In this document: positions 48,973 to 57,942 of the stretch, one piece after another | Layout of the letters: the number at the start of each line of letters is the position of its first letter | How positions within the stretch are numbered: position 1 is the stretch's first letter | Source of the DNA: Candidatus Uhrbacteria bacterium | GTDB lineage: Bacteria; Patescibacteriota; Patescibacteriia; UBA9934; GWF2-40-263 | DNA length: 64,000 nucleotides | Assembly (NCBI GenBank): GCA_016188495.1 | Contig: JACPHU010000002.1 | Coordinates: 7,363-71,362, forward strand | Direction of reading: 5' to 3' | The notes under the pieces: model-generated | Databases searched by the model: none | Seen by the model: only the letters and a program-made list of their open reading frames with translations | What the model was told of the DNA's origin: nothing | Program-made: the position numbers and the translations under genes

Positions 48973-48976
48973 CATC

Positions 48977-48998
48977 GACGCCTGTGGGCGTCTTTTTT
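48977..48998 (+). terminator. rho-independent terminator
   Basis: gacgcctgtgggcgtc followed by tttttt. Confidence 0.65.
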
Positions 48999-49003
48999 AA
49001 ACT

Positions 49004-49717
49004 ATGTCCCATTCAAATTCTCTTAAACCTTCCACACTTGTTATTTCGGTTGGCGGATCGCTAGTAGTTCCCAATGGTGGTATCGACCATGTCTTTTTGA
49101 AAGATTTTAAAAGCATGGTAACAAAACACGTAAAAAAAGGCTGGAGATTTGTGATTGTGGTGGGTGGCGGAGGAACCGCTCGGGCTTATCAGGAGGCGTC
49201 TAGAAAAGTAGGGAAGTTAACACGTGATGATCTTGATTGGTTGGGCATTCATTCCACACGTTTGAATGGTCATTTGGTACGTACGATTCTTCGTGAATTG
49301 GCACACCCTGTCATGATTAAAGATCCAACGAGTGAGTTCAAACATTGGAAGAAACCGATTCTCGTGGCGGCAGGCTGGAAGCCGGGATGGTCTACCGATT
49401 ATGTGGCGACGCGTTTGGCTAAGCGATTGAAAAGTCCTTTGGTCGTGAATCTTTCCAATATTGATTACGTCTACGATAAAGATCCAAACAAACATAAGGA
49501 TGCTGAAATTATTTGTAGTATTTCTTGGAAAGATTTTCGTAAAATGGTCGGCAACGAATGGGATCCTGGTATGAACGTCCCGTTTGATCCGGTTGCCTCA
49601 CGTCTGGCCCATCGTTCAGGCATTAACGTTGCCATCTTAAACGGAAAAAATATGAAGAATTTGGACGGACTCCTCAAAGGAGATCGATTTGTTGGAACCG
49701 TCATCGGTGGAAATTAA
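49004..49717 (+). CDS. pyrH: amino-acid-kinase-fold protein, archaeal-type UMP kinase-like
   Basis: LVISVGGSLVVP, VIVVGGGGTAR and GWKPGWSTD motifs resemble archaeal-type uridylate kinases. Confidence 0.55.
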   Translation: MSHSNSLKPSTLVISVGGSLVVPNGGIDHVFLKDFKSMVTKHVKKGWRFVIVVGGGGTARAYQEASRKVGKLTRDDLDWLGIHSTRLNGHLVRTILRELAHPVMIKDPTSEFKHWKKPILVAAGWKPGWSTDYVATRLAKRLKSPLVVNLSNIDYVYDKDPNKHKDAEIICSISWKDFRKMVGNEWDPGMNVPFDPVASRLAHRSGINVAILNGKNMKNLDGLLKGDRFVGTVIGGN

Positions 49718-49762
49718 AAAAGAGCGTTTTAACGCTCAAAGAGGGAAGAGAACCGAAAGAGA

Positions 49763-50464
49763 CTAAGAGGAAAGGATGATAAATTCCAGTAAGACGATCG
49801 TAAGGGTCGTGTAGATACCCATGACGTAAAGAAACTCTCTCAGATTTAGCCTTATTCTTGGAGTCTGAAGCTTACCTTCCTCCTCTGCCTGCTGCGTATC
49901 CATTTCTTTTTTAATTTGCACGACGGCTATCACGCTCAAGAATATAAACATAATGGGTGAAACCCCAATGATTCTCAGGAAAGCGAAACAGATGATAGCC
50001 AAGGGAATCATTCCTACCCATGCCTTTTGGAAGGCAGAAACCATCAAGGCTTGCATGGCCCTTCCTCCATCTAACGGAGACAAAGGAATTAAATTGAAGA
50101 GATTGATAACGGCAACAACGCCTGCGGCGGCTATCGCCACTTCGGAGTTTATTACGTAACCAATTCCATAAAGTAGTGCGGTATTTATGACTCCAGCAAA
50201 CGGACCAGCGAGACTTACCATGGCCATTTGCCATAAGTTATCCTGCTCAATACCGATAGGCTCCACAGCTCCCAACAGAGGAATAAAGTAAATGCCGCTC
50301 GTCTTCATTCCGTAGTGGCGTGCCACAAGGATGTGTCCCATTCCATGGATCCACAATCCCGACATGGCAATCAGAGTTACTTTCCAACCGATCAGAGCTG
50401 ACCAGACAACAAAAGCTACGAGGGTGAGAATGAGTTTTTTCATTGCTGAATTAGGTTGTCCCAT
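49763..50464 (-). CDS. site-2-protease (M50) family membrane protein with HGxxH in place of HExxH
   Basis: WIHGMGHILVARHYG aligns with the M50 HExxH helix but Glu is replaced by Gly; the LSPLDGG third-ligand motif is retained. Confidence 0.65.
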   Translation of the reverse strand: MGQPNSAMKKLILTLVAFVVWSALIGWKVTLIAMSGLWIHGMGHILVARHYGMKTSGIYFIPLLGAVEPIGIEQDNLWQMAMVSLAGPFAGVINTALLYGIGYVINSEVAIAAAGVVAVINLFNLIPLSPLDGGRAMQALMVSAFQKAWVGMIPLAIICFAFLRIIGVSPIMFIFLSVIAVVQIKKEMDTQQAEEEGKLQTPRIRLNLREFLYVMGIYTTLTIVLLEFIILSS

Positions 50465-50562
50465 GTTGTTCGTACTCCTTTCGGTTGTGGAATTTTGGAA
50501 CAGTTGACCGTATCAGAGTTATTCTCGTAGGTCAATAGTTTATTTGATATTTTTCTTTATTC

Positions 50563-50591
50563 TTGACACAAACTCTTTCTTTTTCTATACT
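50563..50591 (+). promoter_or_regulatory. sigma-70-like promoter for rplJ-rplL (TTGACA-17 nt-TATACT)
   Basis: consensus -35 hexamer, 17-nt spacer and near-consensus -10, about 290 nt upstream of rplJ. Confidence 0.5.
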
Positions 50592-50743
50592 TTTCCTCGA
50601 ACTGAAGATTTACCGTAGACCACGGGCGGCTCTGTTGAAGAGTGGAAGTCCTGTGCAGGTGAGTATTTCCTTATGGTATTAAGGAAGTAGATCATTACTA
50701 CGGCATAAATCCGTAGTTTATTTATTTTTAAAGGTCGAACATA

Positions 50744-50873
50744 GAGATCTCTCAAAAAATCATGATCTTACGGCTTACGGGCGCCCGTCGACCCCACTCT
50801 CCCTATTCTGAATAGGGTTCGCGGGGCTCGACAGCCCGTGCACCGTAATCTCATCGATTTTTTGAGAGATCTC
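50744..50873. repeat. family-1 repeat, short form (copy H) inside the rplJ leader
   Basis: TIR gagatctctcaaaaaatc/gattttttgagagatctc; the core gggcgcccgtcgaccccactctccctattctgaatagggttcgcggggctcgacagcccg is shared with copies at 37372 and 56314. Confidence 0.85.
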
Positions 50874-50883
50874 AACATTCATT

Positions 50884-51408
50884 ATGCCAAAAACACGTGC
50901 ACAAAAATCTGAAATTATTGACGAGTTAGGCGATAAGTTTACTCACATGAAATCCGCGGTGTTTACCAAAGTGTCTGGATACACCATGGAAGACGCAAAC
51001 AAACTTCGAGAAAAAGGACGTGCGGTCGGAGTTGAAGTGATTGTTGCTAAAAAGACTCTTCTGGTCCGTGCGCTCGAGAATAATGGTTTCAAGATCGATC
51101 GAAATGATCTCGAAGGCAGTATTCTTACTACGTTTGGATTCAACGATGAGGTGGCAGCTGCCAAACTTATTGCTGAATTTGCCAAAGAGCGTGAGCAAAT
51201 GGTTATTGTCGGAGGAATCCTTGAAGGAGCCTTTGTTGGATCTTCTGCCATAAAGCAGCTGGCCACACTGCCAAGCAAAGAACAATTACTCGGACAATTG
51301 GTGCGAACACTCAACAATCCGTTGTCAGGATTCGTCCAAGTCCTTGCTGGAAACCTGCGCAATTTCGTTTCCGTACTCAATGCGGTTAAAGACGCAAAGA
51401 ACGCTTAA
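50884..51408 (+). CDS. rplJ: 50S ribosomal protein L10
   Basis: MPKTRAQKSEIIDEL... L10 N-terminus; followed by rplL. Confidence 0.9.
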   Translation: MPKTRAQKSEIIDELGDKFTHMKSAVFTKVSGYTMEDANKLREKGRAVGVEVIVAKKTLLVRALENNGFKIDRNDLEGSILTTFGFNDEVAAAKLIAEFAKEREQMVIVGGILEGAFVGSSAIKQLATLPSKEQLLGQLVRTLNNPLSGFVQVLAGNLRNFVSVLNAVKDAKNA

Positions 51409-51433
51409 TTTATTCATTATTATTTAAAAGAAT

Positions 51434-51844
51434 ATGTCAGAAGAAACAACCAAGGAGGCTGTTGTCGTTCCAGAAAAGTTTAAGAGTTTAGTAGAAACCA
51501 TCGAAAAAATGTCCGTATTGGATCTTGCAGATCTCGTAAAGGTTCTTGAAGACAAGTTTGGTGTCAGTGCTGCTGCCCCTGCCATGATGATGGCCATGGG
51601 TCCTGCCGCAGGTGCTGCCGCTGTAGAGGAACAAACTGAATTTACCGTTGAAATCACCAATTCTGGAGCCAACAAAATCAATGTGATCAAAGCTGTTCGC
51701 GCTATCACAGCCCTTGGACTGAAAGAAGCAAAGGATCTTGTGGATGCTGCTCCTTCTGTTGTAAAAGAAGGCCTTTCAAAAGAACAAGCAGCAGAGATGA
51801 AGAAACAACTCGAAGATGCTGGTGCTACCGTCACCTTGAAGTAA
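51434..51844 (+). CDS. rplL: 50S ribosomal protein L7/L12
   Basis: Ala/Met-rich hinge then [24 protein letters not shown]...GATVTLK C-terminal domain. Confidence 0.92.
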   Translation: MSEETTKEAVVVPEKFKSLVETIEKMSVLDLADLVKVLEDKFGVSAAAPAMMMAMGPAAGAAAVEEQTEFTVEITNSGANKINVIKAVRAITALGLKEAKDLVDAAPSVVKEGLSKEQAAEMKKQLEDAGATVTLK

Positions 51845-51854
51845 AGAGGAAATT

Positions 51855-51895
51855 TAAAAAAATCCCCAGAGTACGTACTCTGGGGATTTTTTTAT
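51855..51895. terminator. bidirectional rho-independent terminator after rplL
   Basis: aaaaaaatccccagagtac gtactctggggattttttt. Confidence 0.7.
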
Positions 51896-52281
51896 TTTAC
51901 TCGATTAAGTTGGACACCTTCTAAAAAGAGGACGTCGGGATCATCTGTGGTTCTTATGACCATCGTGTAAGTTTTTTGATTATTATCAAACGTTTTTTCT
52001 ACTTCAATAGAACCATCCAAATAGCGTTGCGTAATGCGGTAGGTTCCTTCTTCTTTGTAATCCGTTCCGGTGTTGAGGCGATAAGAACCGTTGGAGAATT
52101 CGTACTCCATAAACCATTCAAAACCATCTGTATTTGTCCCTCCTGCGTGCCAGCGACCTATCAGTTCATCTTTTACGACGAGATTAACCGTTGTTTGTTC
52201 AGAATGGAATTTAGGCCATAAGAATAACCCCCCTACAATAAATATTCCTACAATCAGAACGAATAGGTGATGTTGTTTCAT
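51892..52281 (-). CDS. hypothetical membrane-anchored small protein
   Basis: 129 aa; N-terminal TM helix. Confidence 0.45.
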   Translation of the reverse strand: MKQHHLFVLIVGIFIVGGLFLWPKFHSEQTTVNLVVKDELIGRWHAGGTNTDGFEWFMEYEFSNGSYRLNTGTDYKEEGTYRITQRYLDGSIEVEKTFDNNQKTYTMVIRTTDDPDVLFLEGVQLNRVK

Positions 52282-54500
52282 AATGATTTTATATGACTAG
52301 CGGCAATAGAATAAAGTTTTGATCCTGCCAGCAGATAGATGGTGTATCCTGCTTCATCCACACTGAAATCTGTGAGTCCAACAAAGGCGTCAGAACGATA
52401 TTGGACAACAAACGTTCCGGTTTGTTTATCAAAAACAATTACTCGTTGTGTAGAAGGTTCCAGGACATAGATAAATGGACTTTGAGCATTCGTCCAAATT
52501 TTTGTTGCATCGGCAATTCTTGGATCTACCGTTCCTGTTGCCCATTCTTCCTCGCTTCCATTTGAGAATTTTACAACCGTTCCATCTTTTTTCAGAACGA
52601 AAATAGTTCCGTCAATAGCCAAAGAAACAGCCTGATTCAAAGACGATGTTTTTGATTTAATCCAGGAAGATTCATCTGTAAAGGATGAACCGTTTCGATT
52701 GAAACGAATGATTTGGCCGTCTGTTCCGTTTGGGTCCTGTCGTAAAAGATAGAGTCTATTTGCGTAAGTTTCAAGATCAACCCATGGGTCATCTCCAATG
52801 GAAAGGGATGACACCTCTTTTTTTTCTAAAGAAACTCCATACACAGACCCGTTTTCGCTCAGTACAAAGAATTGTCCATTTTCTTGATTTGTTGTGGCTA
52901 TAGAGGAGGCTAGTCCATCTGTTGATGTCACCACGACGTCAAATTGTTTCTGTGAGGAACTATAGGTATAGACACGACCATCTGAGGCAACAACAGAAAT
53001 AGTTCCAGAATTGAGAACCATACTATTTCCGAAAACCCCGTCTGCCACGGTTTCCAGATCCGCAAGTAAAGGAGGGTTCGGGATCGTAATTAAATGGCGA
53101 ATTTCATTCAGGGCTGTCTGGAGGGTTTGAGTGAGCTCTTTGTTTTTTTCTTCTCTTTGAGGAGTGTCTGATGGAAGAAGTTCAATGAGCGTTTGGGCAT
53201 TCACATACAGGCTGCGTGCTTGATTTTCGTCTTTGTAAATGACGGCGCCTGCGGCACGTTCCATAAGATCCTCAATTTGTACGATTTTTGCTTGATACGC
53301 CGCTTCTTCTTGTGAACGGGCTTGTGATTTTGTCATTGTAGAAATTCCTCCTATCAGAATAAGAACCCCAACGACGATGCCACCCATAAGATATTTTGTT
53401 GATCGTGGCAAAGTGCGCATGCGTTCAAACAAAGACCTCAGTTTTCCTCGGATATGGACTCGTTTCATTTCAACCTTTTTTTGGAGTGTTTCCCGTTGAT
53501 CTTTATTTTTTAAGATAGAGATTGTATAGGAAGCATGCTTTAAACCCATTTTTGTGAAGAAAGAAATCACTTTCCATACGCTTCTGCCCGTTCGTTTTAA
53601 AAGGTCTGGAAACGTTCCTTGGTTTTGAAGATCTTTTAAAATCCGTGATCTTGAATCGGTTTTCGATTGAATGAAACTAAATAGTTTTTTTAGCCAATGA
53701 AAGACGTTGGGACGCCGGTCGTCTAAGAGCCATTCCGTGGTTTGTTCCGTAGAATTCATTTTTTCTACAGAGAGATTTGATTGTGGAATAGCTAGTAGTT
53801 GTCTTTGTTCAGTGGCGGGGGTGGGGTTTTCTTCTCCTATTTTTATAACAGTGAGAAGAACGTCCTCATTATGTGCAAAATACTGGCGAATTTTTTCGAC
53901 AGCACTCACTGGTGGAAGGGTGGAAAGAATTTCATTGAGTTCATCAACAGGCAGTATACGTTGAAGATCCTTGTCGGTGATACAAAAAATGTCGCCTGGA
54001 TGAAGGTCTCCATCCAAAACAACAGCAAATGTTTTTTCCCATGTGGGAAGAGATTGTTCTGTTTGTAAACCACGAAAGAGATTGAATACTTGATATCGTT
54101 GGGAAGGTTTCTTATGAAGGAAAAGCGCGACAAGTTCTCCTGTACCAGACAGATACATCTCTTGAGAGGAAGTAATCCCTACAATCGCGTGAAGTTGCTC
54201 GATAGGAATATTCCAATGGCCTTCTCGTACCTGTTCTGCTAAGGTTTCATTTAATGCACCCAGGAATTGTTCAAAGCGGTGTTGAAGATTCGCTTCCTTT
54301 CCAAAAGACTCAGCGAGTCTGCGTGTTTGGTCTCCAAGAACTTGTAAGAGTAGATCCGAGTCCGCATTTTCTTTTTTTGTATAGGCAATAAGGAAGGCAA
54401 ATCCACTCCGTTCCTGTACGGGAAGGAGTAATGAAATTCCCCGGACATGCTCATCTGGGGTTTGGGGATTATAAGAGGCACCTTTGATTTCACCTGACAT
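52278..54500 (-). CDS. large hypothetical protein with central TM helix and beta-rich C-terminal region
   Basis: 740 aa; TM segment MGGIVVGVLILIGGI; C-terminal Ser/Thr/Gly/Val-rich repeats suggest a beta-propeller-like fold. Confidence 0.5.
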   Translation of the reverse strand: MSGEIKGASYNPQTPDEHVRGISLLLPVQERSGFAFLIAYTKKENADSDLLLQVLGDQTRRLAESFGKEANLQHRFEQFLGALNETLAEQVREGHWNIPIEQLHAIVGITSSQEMYLSGTGELVALFLHKKPSQRYQVFNLFRGLQTEQSLPTWEKTFAVVLDGDLHPGDIFCITDKDLQRILPVDELNEILSTLPPVSAVEKIRQYFAHNEDVLLTVIKIGEENPTPATEQRQLLAIPQSNLSVEKMNSTEQTTEWLLDDRRPNVFHWLKKLFSFIQSKTDSRSRILKDLQNQGTFPDLLKRTGRSVWKVISFFTKMGLKHASYTISILKNKDQRETLQKKVEMKRVHIRGKLRSLFERMRTLPRSTKYLMGGIVVGVLILIGGISTMTKSQARSQEEAAYQAKIVQIEDLMERAAGAVIYKDENQARSLYVNAQTLIELLPSDTPQREEKNKELTQTLQTALNEIRHLITIPNPPLLADLETVADGVFGNSMVLNSGTISVVASDGRVYTYSSSQKQFDVVVTSTDGLASSIATTNQENGQFFVLSENGSVYGVSLEKKEVSSLSIGDDPWVDLETYANRLYLLRQDPNGTDGQIIRFNRNGSSFTDESSWIKSKTSSLNQAVSLAIDGTIFVLKKDGTVVKFSNGSEEEWATGTVDPRIADATKIWTNAQSPFIYVLEPSTQRVIVFDKQTGTFVVQYRSDAFVGLTDFSVDEAGYTIYLLAGSKLYSIAASHIKSL

Positions 54501-54552
54501 AGAGTTGCCCTGATATGCTCATTTGTGTACATTATACCTATATGTTTAGGGG

Positions 54553-55173
54553 GTGCAAATGAAGAATATGAACAAAAAACCTTTTAAACTCGAACAGATG
54601 TTTGGCTCTAAGACACGAGCCAGGCTTATGGCGTTGTTTCTTCAACAACCCCAGGATACTTTTTTTGTTCGTGAATTGACACGTAGAATAGATGCCCAGC
54701 TTAATTCCGTGAGGCGTGAACTCAAAAATCTGGTTCAATTAGGATTTTTATCTGAAAAACAAGCTTTACAGAAGGAATCAAACCGTCTTTCAGACAAAAA
54801 GAAATATTATTGCGTGAACCAAGATTTTATTCTTTTTGAAGATCTTCGATCGCTTTTTCAAAAAGTTCAAATTTTGGTGAAACAAAACCTTGTCCAAGAT
54901 ATTCAGGAAAGAGGACATATTGATTATTTTGCTTTTACAGGAAGGTTTGTTGACGCTTCGGATATCCCGACAGATATTTTTATTGTGGGTTCCATTATGC
55001 AAGATGATTTAGAAAAAATGATCAGCAAATTTGAAGAAGAGATTCCTTATGAAATCAATTATACTCTTATGACCAAAGAGGAATTTCTTGACCGTCGTCA
55101 GGTTGCTGACCGCTTTTTAATGTCTATTTTAAATGGAGAACGGGTCGTCATGATCGATCGGATTCGTTCTTAA
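54553..55173 (+). CDS. hypothetical protein with N-terminal winged-HTH-like region
   Basis: TRARLMALFLQQPQDTFFVRELTRRI resembles ArsR/wHTH; the C-terminal half has a weak resemblance to minimal nucleotidyltransferases. Confidence 0.35.
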   Translation: MQMKNMNKKPFKLEQMFGSKTRARLMALFLQQPQDTFFVRELTRRIDAQLNSVRRELKNLVQLGFLSEKQALQKESNRLSDKKKYYCVNQDFILFEDLRSLFQKVQILVKQNLVQDIQERGHIDYFAFTGRFVDASDIPTDIFIVGSIMQDDLEKMISKFEEEIPYEINYTLMTKEEFLDRRQVADRFLMSILNGERVVMIDRIRS

Positions 55174-55176
55174 TGT

Positions 55177-55587
55177 ATGTTTCTCGTCATTTGTGCCCAG
55201 GACATTCAGAACATTTCTTTCGGAATAGTTGAAGAAGGTTGTTTGATAAAACAGAAACAGTTTGTTTCGTCTTTCCCTGAAGATTATCTGCTTCTATTAA
55301 ATGACACATTGGGAGAATGGGGGATGAAAGATCATGAACAAGAGTTTGAAGGGGTGATTGTCGTGACGGGTCCTGGTTCTTTTACTGCTAGTCGGGTCAG
55401 TACAACCATTGCAAATGGCTTTGCGTTCACGAGATCGATTCCTGTCATCGGTCTTTCCAATCCTCAACGTCTAGATTTAGCGTCACTGCTGTCTGTAAAC
55501 CGTTCTACAAATTTGGGAGCAGATTTCGTTCTCCCAACATATAACCGACCCCCAAACATTACAGCGCAAAAAATAGGTAATAGCTAG
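55177..55587 (+). CDS. tsaB: tRNA threonylcarbamoyladenosine biosynthesis protein TsaB (YeaZ), truncated single-domain form
   Basis: VVTGPGSFTASRVSTTIANGFA matches the TsaB GPGSFTG.R motif; 136 aa. Confidence 0.55.
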   Translation: MFLVICAQDIQNISFGIVEEGCLIKQKQFVSSFPEDYLLLLNDTLGEWGMKDHEQEFEGVIVVTGPGSFTASRVSTTIANGFAFTRSIPVIGLSNPQRLDLASLLSVNRSTNLGADFVLPTYNRPPNITAQKIGNS

Positions 55588-55634
55588 AATCATTAATCTT
55601 TTACCATCCCTTTTATTTTTTAACTTCATTTTTT

Positions 55635-56306
55635 ATGTCTTTCACCCAACAAATTCTTCAGGGGCCTTTGTTAGAACTTTGGGAGAATGTCGTAGCTTAT
55701 TTGCCAAACGTGATCGGAGCCATTTTTGTTTTTTGTATCGGTGTAGCCCTTGCTCTTGTATTGCGTAGCGTTGTGGTGAATGTGATCGCGTTATTGCGTA
55801 TCGACGAACTTTCAAAACGTCTTGAAATTACAGGTCAGTTTCAGCGTTTTGGTCTGCGTTTGCATATAGGAGAACTGTTGGGTTGGATTGTAAAGTGGTT
55901 TTTTATTATTATCGCTCTTATCGCGGCAACAGACATTCTCGGATGGGATCAAGTAACCGATTATTTACAAAGAGTGGTGTTATTTATTCCAAACGTCATT
56001 ATCGCGGTCATTATTTTGTTAGCGGGAATTCTGTTGGGAAATTTCGTTCAGCGCGTGGTTAAAACAGCGGTAGAGACGGCACATCTTGCCTCTGCGGATC
56101 TTCTTTCTGGAATTGCAAAATGGGCCATCTTAGTCTTCAGTTTCATGGCGGCACTCGTTCAGCTTCAGATTGCTCCAGAACTTATTCGAGTGTTATTTAC
56201 AGGGCTTGTTGCCATGATTTCTATTGCCGGAGGTTTAGCCTTTGGTCTTGGTGGCAAAGAGCATGCGAATCGGTTGTTGGATCGACTTAAAAAAGATATT
56301 TCTTAA
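55635..56306 (+). CDS. membrane protein with repeated conserved-TM-helix motifs (MscS-associated type)
   Basis: 223 aa, four to five TM helices with internally repeated pattern. Confidence 0.35.
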   Translation: MSFTQQILQGPLLELWENVVAYLPNVIGAIFVFCIGVALALVLRSVVVNVIALLRIDELSKRLEITGQFQRFGLRLHIGELLGWIVKWFFIIIALIAATDILGWDQVTDYLQRVVLFIPNVIIAVIILLAGILLGNFVQRVVKTAVETAHLASADLLSGIAKWAILVFSFMAALVQLQIAPELIRVLFTGLVAMISIAGGLAFGLGGKEHANRLLDRLKKDIS

Positions 56307-56313
56307 GACATAA

Positions 56314-56425
56314 GTAAAACTCGCGATCTTGACGTTTTCGGGCGCCCGTCGACCCCACTCTCCCTATGGTGAATAGGGTTCGCGGGGCTCGACAGCCCGA
56401 AAACGTCAATCTCATCGAGTTTTAC
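56314..56425. repeat. family-1 repeat, short form (copy I) upstream of the GT2 gene
   Basis: gtaaaactcgcgatcttgacgttttcgggcgcccg...cgggcgcccgaaaacgtcaatctcatcgagttttac. Confidence 0.85.
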
Positions 56426-56444
56426 ATATGCCTCTCTTCATAAA

Positions 56445-57929
56445 ATGCGTAAACCCTATCATTACGGTCAACGGCGCTTTTGGGAAATGTTCCCCGGCCT
56501 CTTGGTTTGGGGAACTTTTTCCATTGCGTTCATCCTCACGTTCATTAAACCTCTTTGGTTGGTGGTCTTTATTCTCATTTTTGACCTTCTTTGGTTGTAT
56601 CGAGTGATTTATTTTAATATTTTTGTTCTTATTTCTTGGAGACGGTATAAAAACGTCCAGAAGAAGGATTGGCAGGCGCTTTTACCATCCATTCCGGCAG
56701 CGAAGCATATTTATCATCTTATTTTTTTGCCAACGTATAAGGAAGGTTACGAGATTATTCGGTCAACTCTTTGTGCATTAAAAGACAATCATTTTCCCAA
56801 TGAACGATTGATGATTGTTTTGGGAGGGGAAGAAGCAGATAAAGAAGCATTTGAGAAAGTCAGTCGTCGGGCTGAACAGGAATTTGGTTTAACCTTTAAG
56901 TATTTTGGCATAACACTCCATCCAAAAGGTCTTTCGGGTGAGATTCCAGGTAAGGGTTCTAATCTCAATTGGATGGGCCACGAAATGGAAAAAACGCTCA
57001 CGCATGAGTTTCCTGAAATTCCAGATGAGAACATCGTTGTTTCCGCTTTTGATATTGATACGGTTGCCCATCCATCCTATTTTTCTTATCTAACCTATCT
57101 TTATTGCACGGTTCCCAATCCTACACGTTCTTCCTATCAACCTATCGCTCTTTTTTCCAATAATATTTGGACTGCTTCCGCTCCGGTTCGCATTGGTGCC
57201 TTTGGTACGACCTTTTGGCTTTTTGGAGAACTTGCTCGTGCGGATCGTCTTTGGACATTTTCATCGCACTCCATGCCATGGAAAATGTTGAAGGATGTGC
57301 GTTTTTGGCAGAAAGATATCGTGAGCGAGGACTCTCGGATTTTTATGCAGGCCTTTTTGCATTACCATGGTGATTATCGTGTGACCCCTATGTTTTTGCC
57401 CGTTTCTATGGATGCGGTCATGGGTAAATCGTACCTTGAATCTCTCAGAGGACTCTATGTTCAGATGCGCAGATGGGCATGGGGCGTTGAACACCTTCCT
57501 TACATCATTGACGGGTTTGCCCATGACAAGCAGATTCCTTTGGGTAAAAAGATTCGTTACGTGTTTAATCACATCGAGGGAATGTATACTTGGGCTACGG
57601 CCCCGATTATCATGTTTGTGTTGGGATGGCTTCCGCTCACTCTTGCCAGAGGACAAACAAATGTTCTGATTCAATCAGCACCGTTTACCCTCGAACAGCT
57701 CATGCAGTTGGCCATGATTGGAATTTTTACTTCTGCGAGTATCTCTCTCACGCTTCTTCCAAGACGTCCTGAGGGAGTAGGAAAACACACATGGTTCATT
57801 ATGGTTTTGCAATGGGTGTTGCTTCCTGTTACGTTTATTCTTTTCGGTTCTTTTCCAGCCATTGATGCACAAACTCGTTTGATGTTAGGAAATTATTTGG
57901 GATTTAACGTGACGAAAAAGAATAGATAA
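56445..57929 (+). CDS. processive family-2 glycosyltransferase (cellulose/chitin-synthase-like) with TM domains
   Basis: PTYKE start of the GT-A domain, DxD-like AFDIDT, and QMRRWAWG (QxxRW) processivity motif; multiple TM helices. Confidence 0.7.
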   Translation: MRKPYHYGQRRFWEMFPGLLVWGTFSIAFILTFIKPLWLVVFILIFDLLWLYRVIYFNIFVLISWRRYKNVQKKDWQALLPSIPAAKHIYHLIFLPTYKEGYEIIRSTLCALKDNHFPNERLMIVLGGEEADKEAFEKVSRRAEQEFGLTFKYFGITLHPKGLSGEIPGKGSNLNWMGHEMEKTLTHEFPEIPDENIVVSAFDIDTVAHPSYFSYLTYLYCTVPNPTRSSYQPIALFSNNIWTASAPVRIGAFGTTFWLFGELARADRLWTFSSHSMPWKMLKDVRFWQKDIVSEDSRIFMQAFLHYHGDYRVTPMFLPVSMDAVMGKSYLESLRGLYVQMRRWAWGVEHLPYIIDGFAHDKQIPLGKKIRYVFNHIEGMYTWATAPIIMFVLGWLPLTLARGQTNVLIQSAPFTLEQLMQLAMIGIFTSASISLTLLPRRPEGVGKHTWFIMVLQWVLLPVTFILFGSFPAIDAQTRLMLGNYLGFNVTKKNR

Positions 57930-57942
57930 AAGAGAAAGGTTT

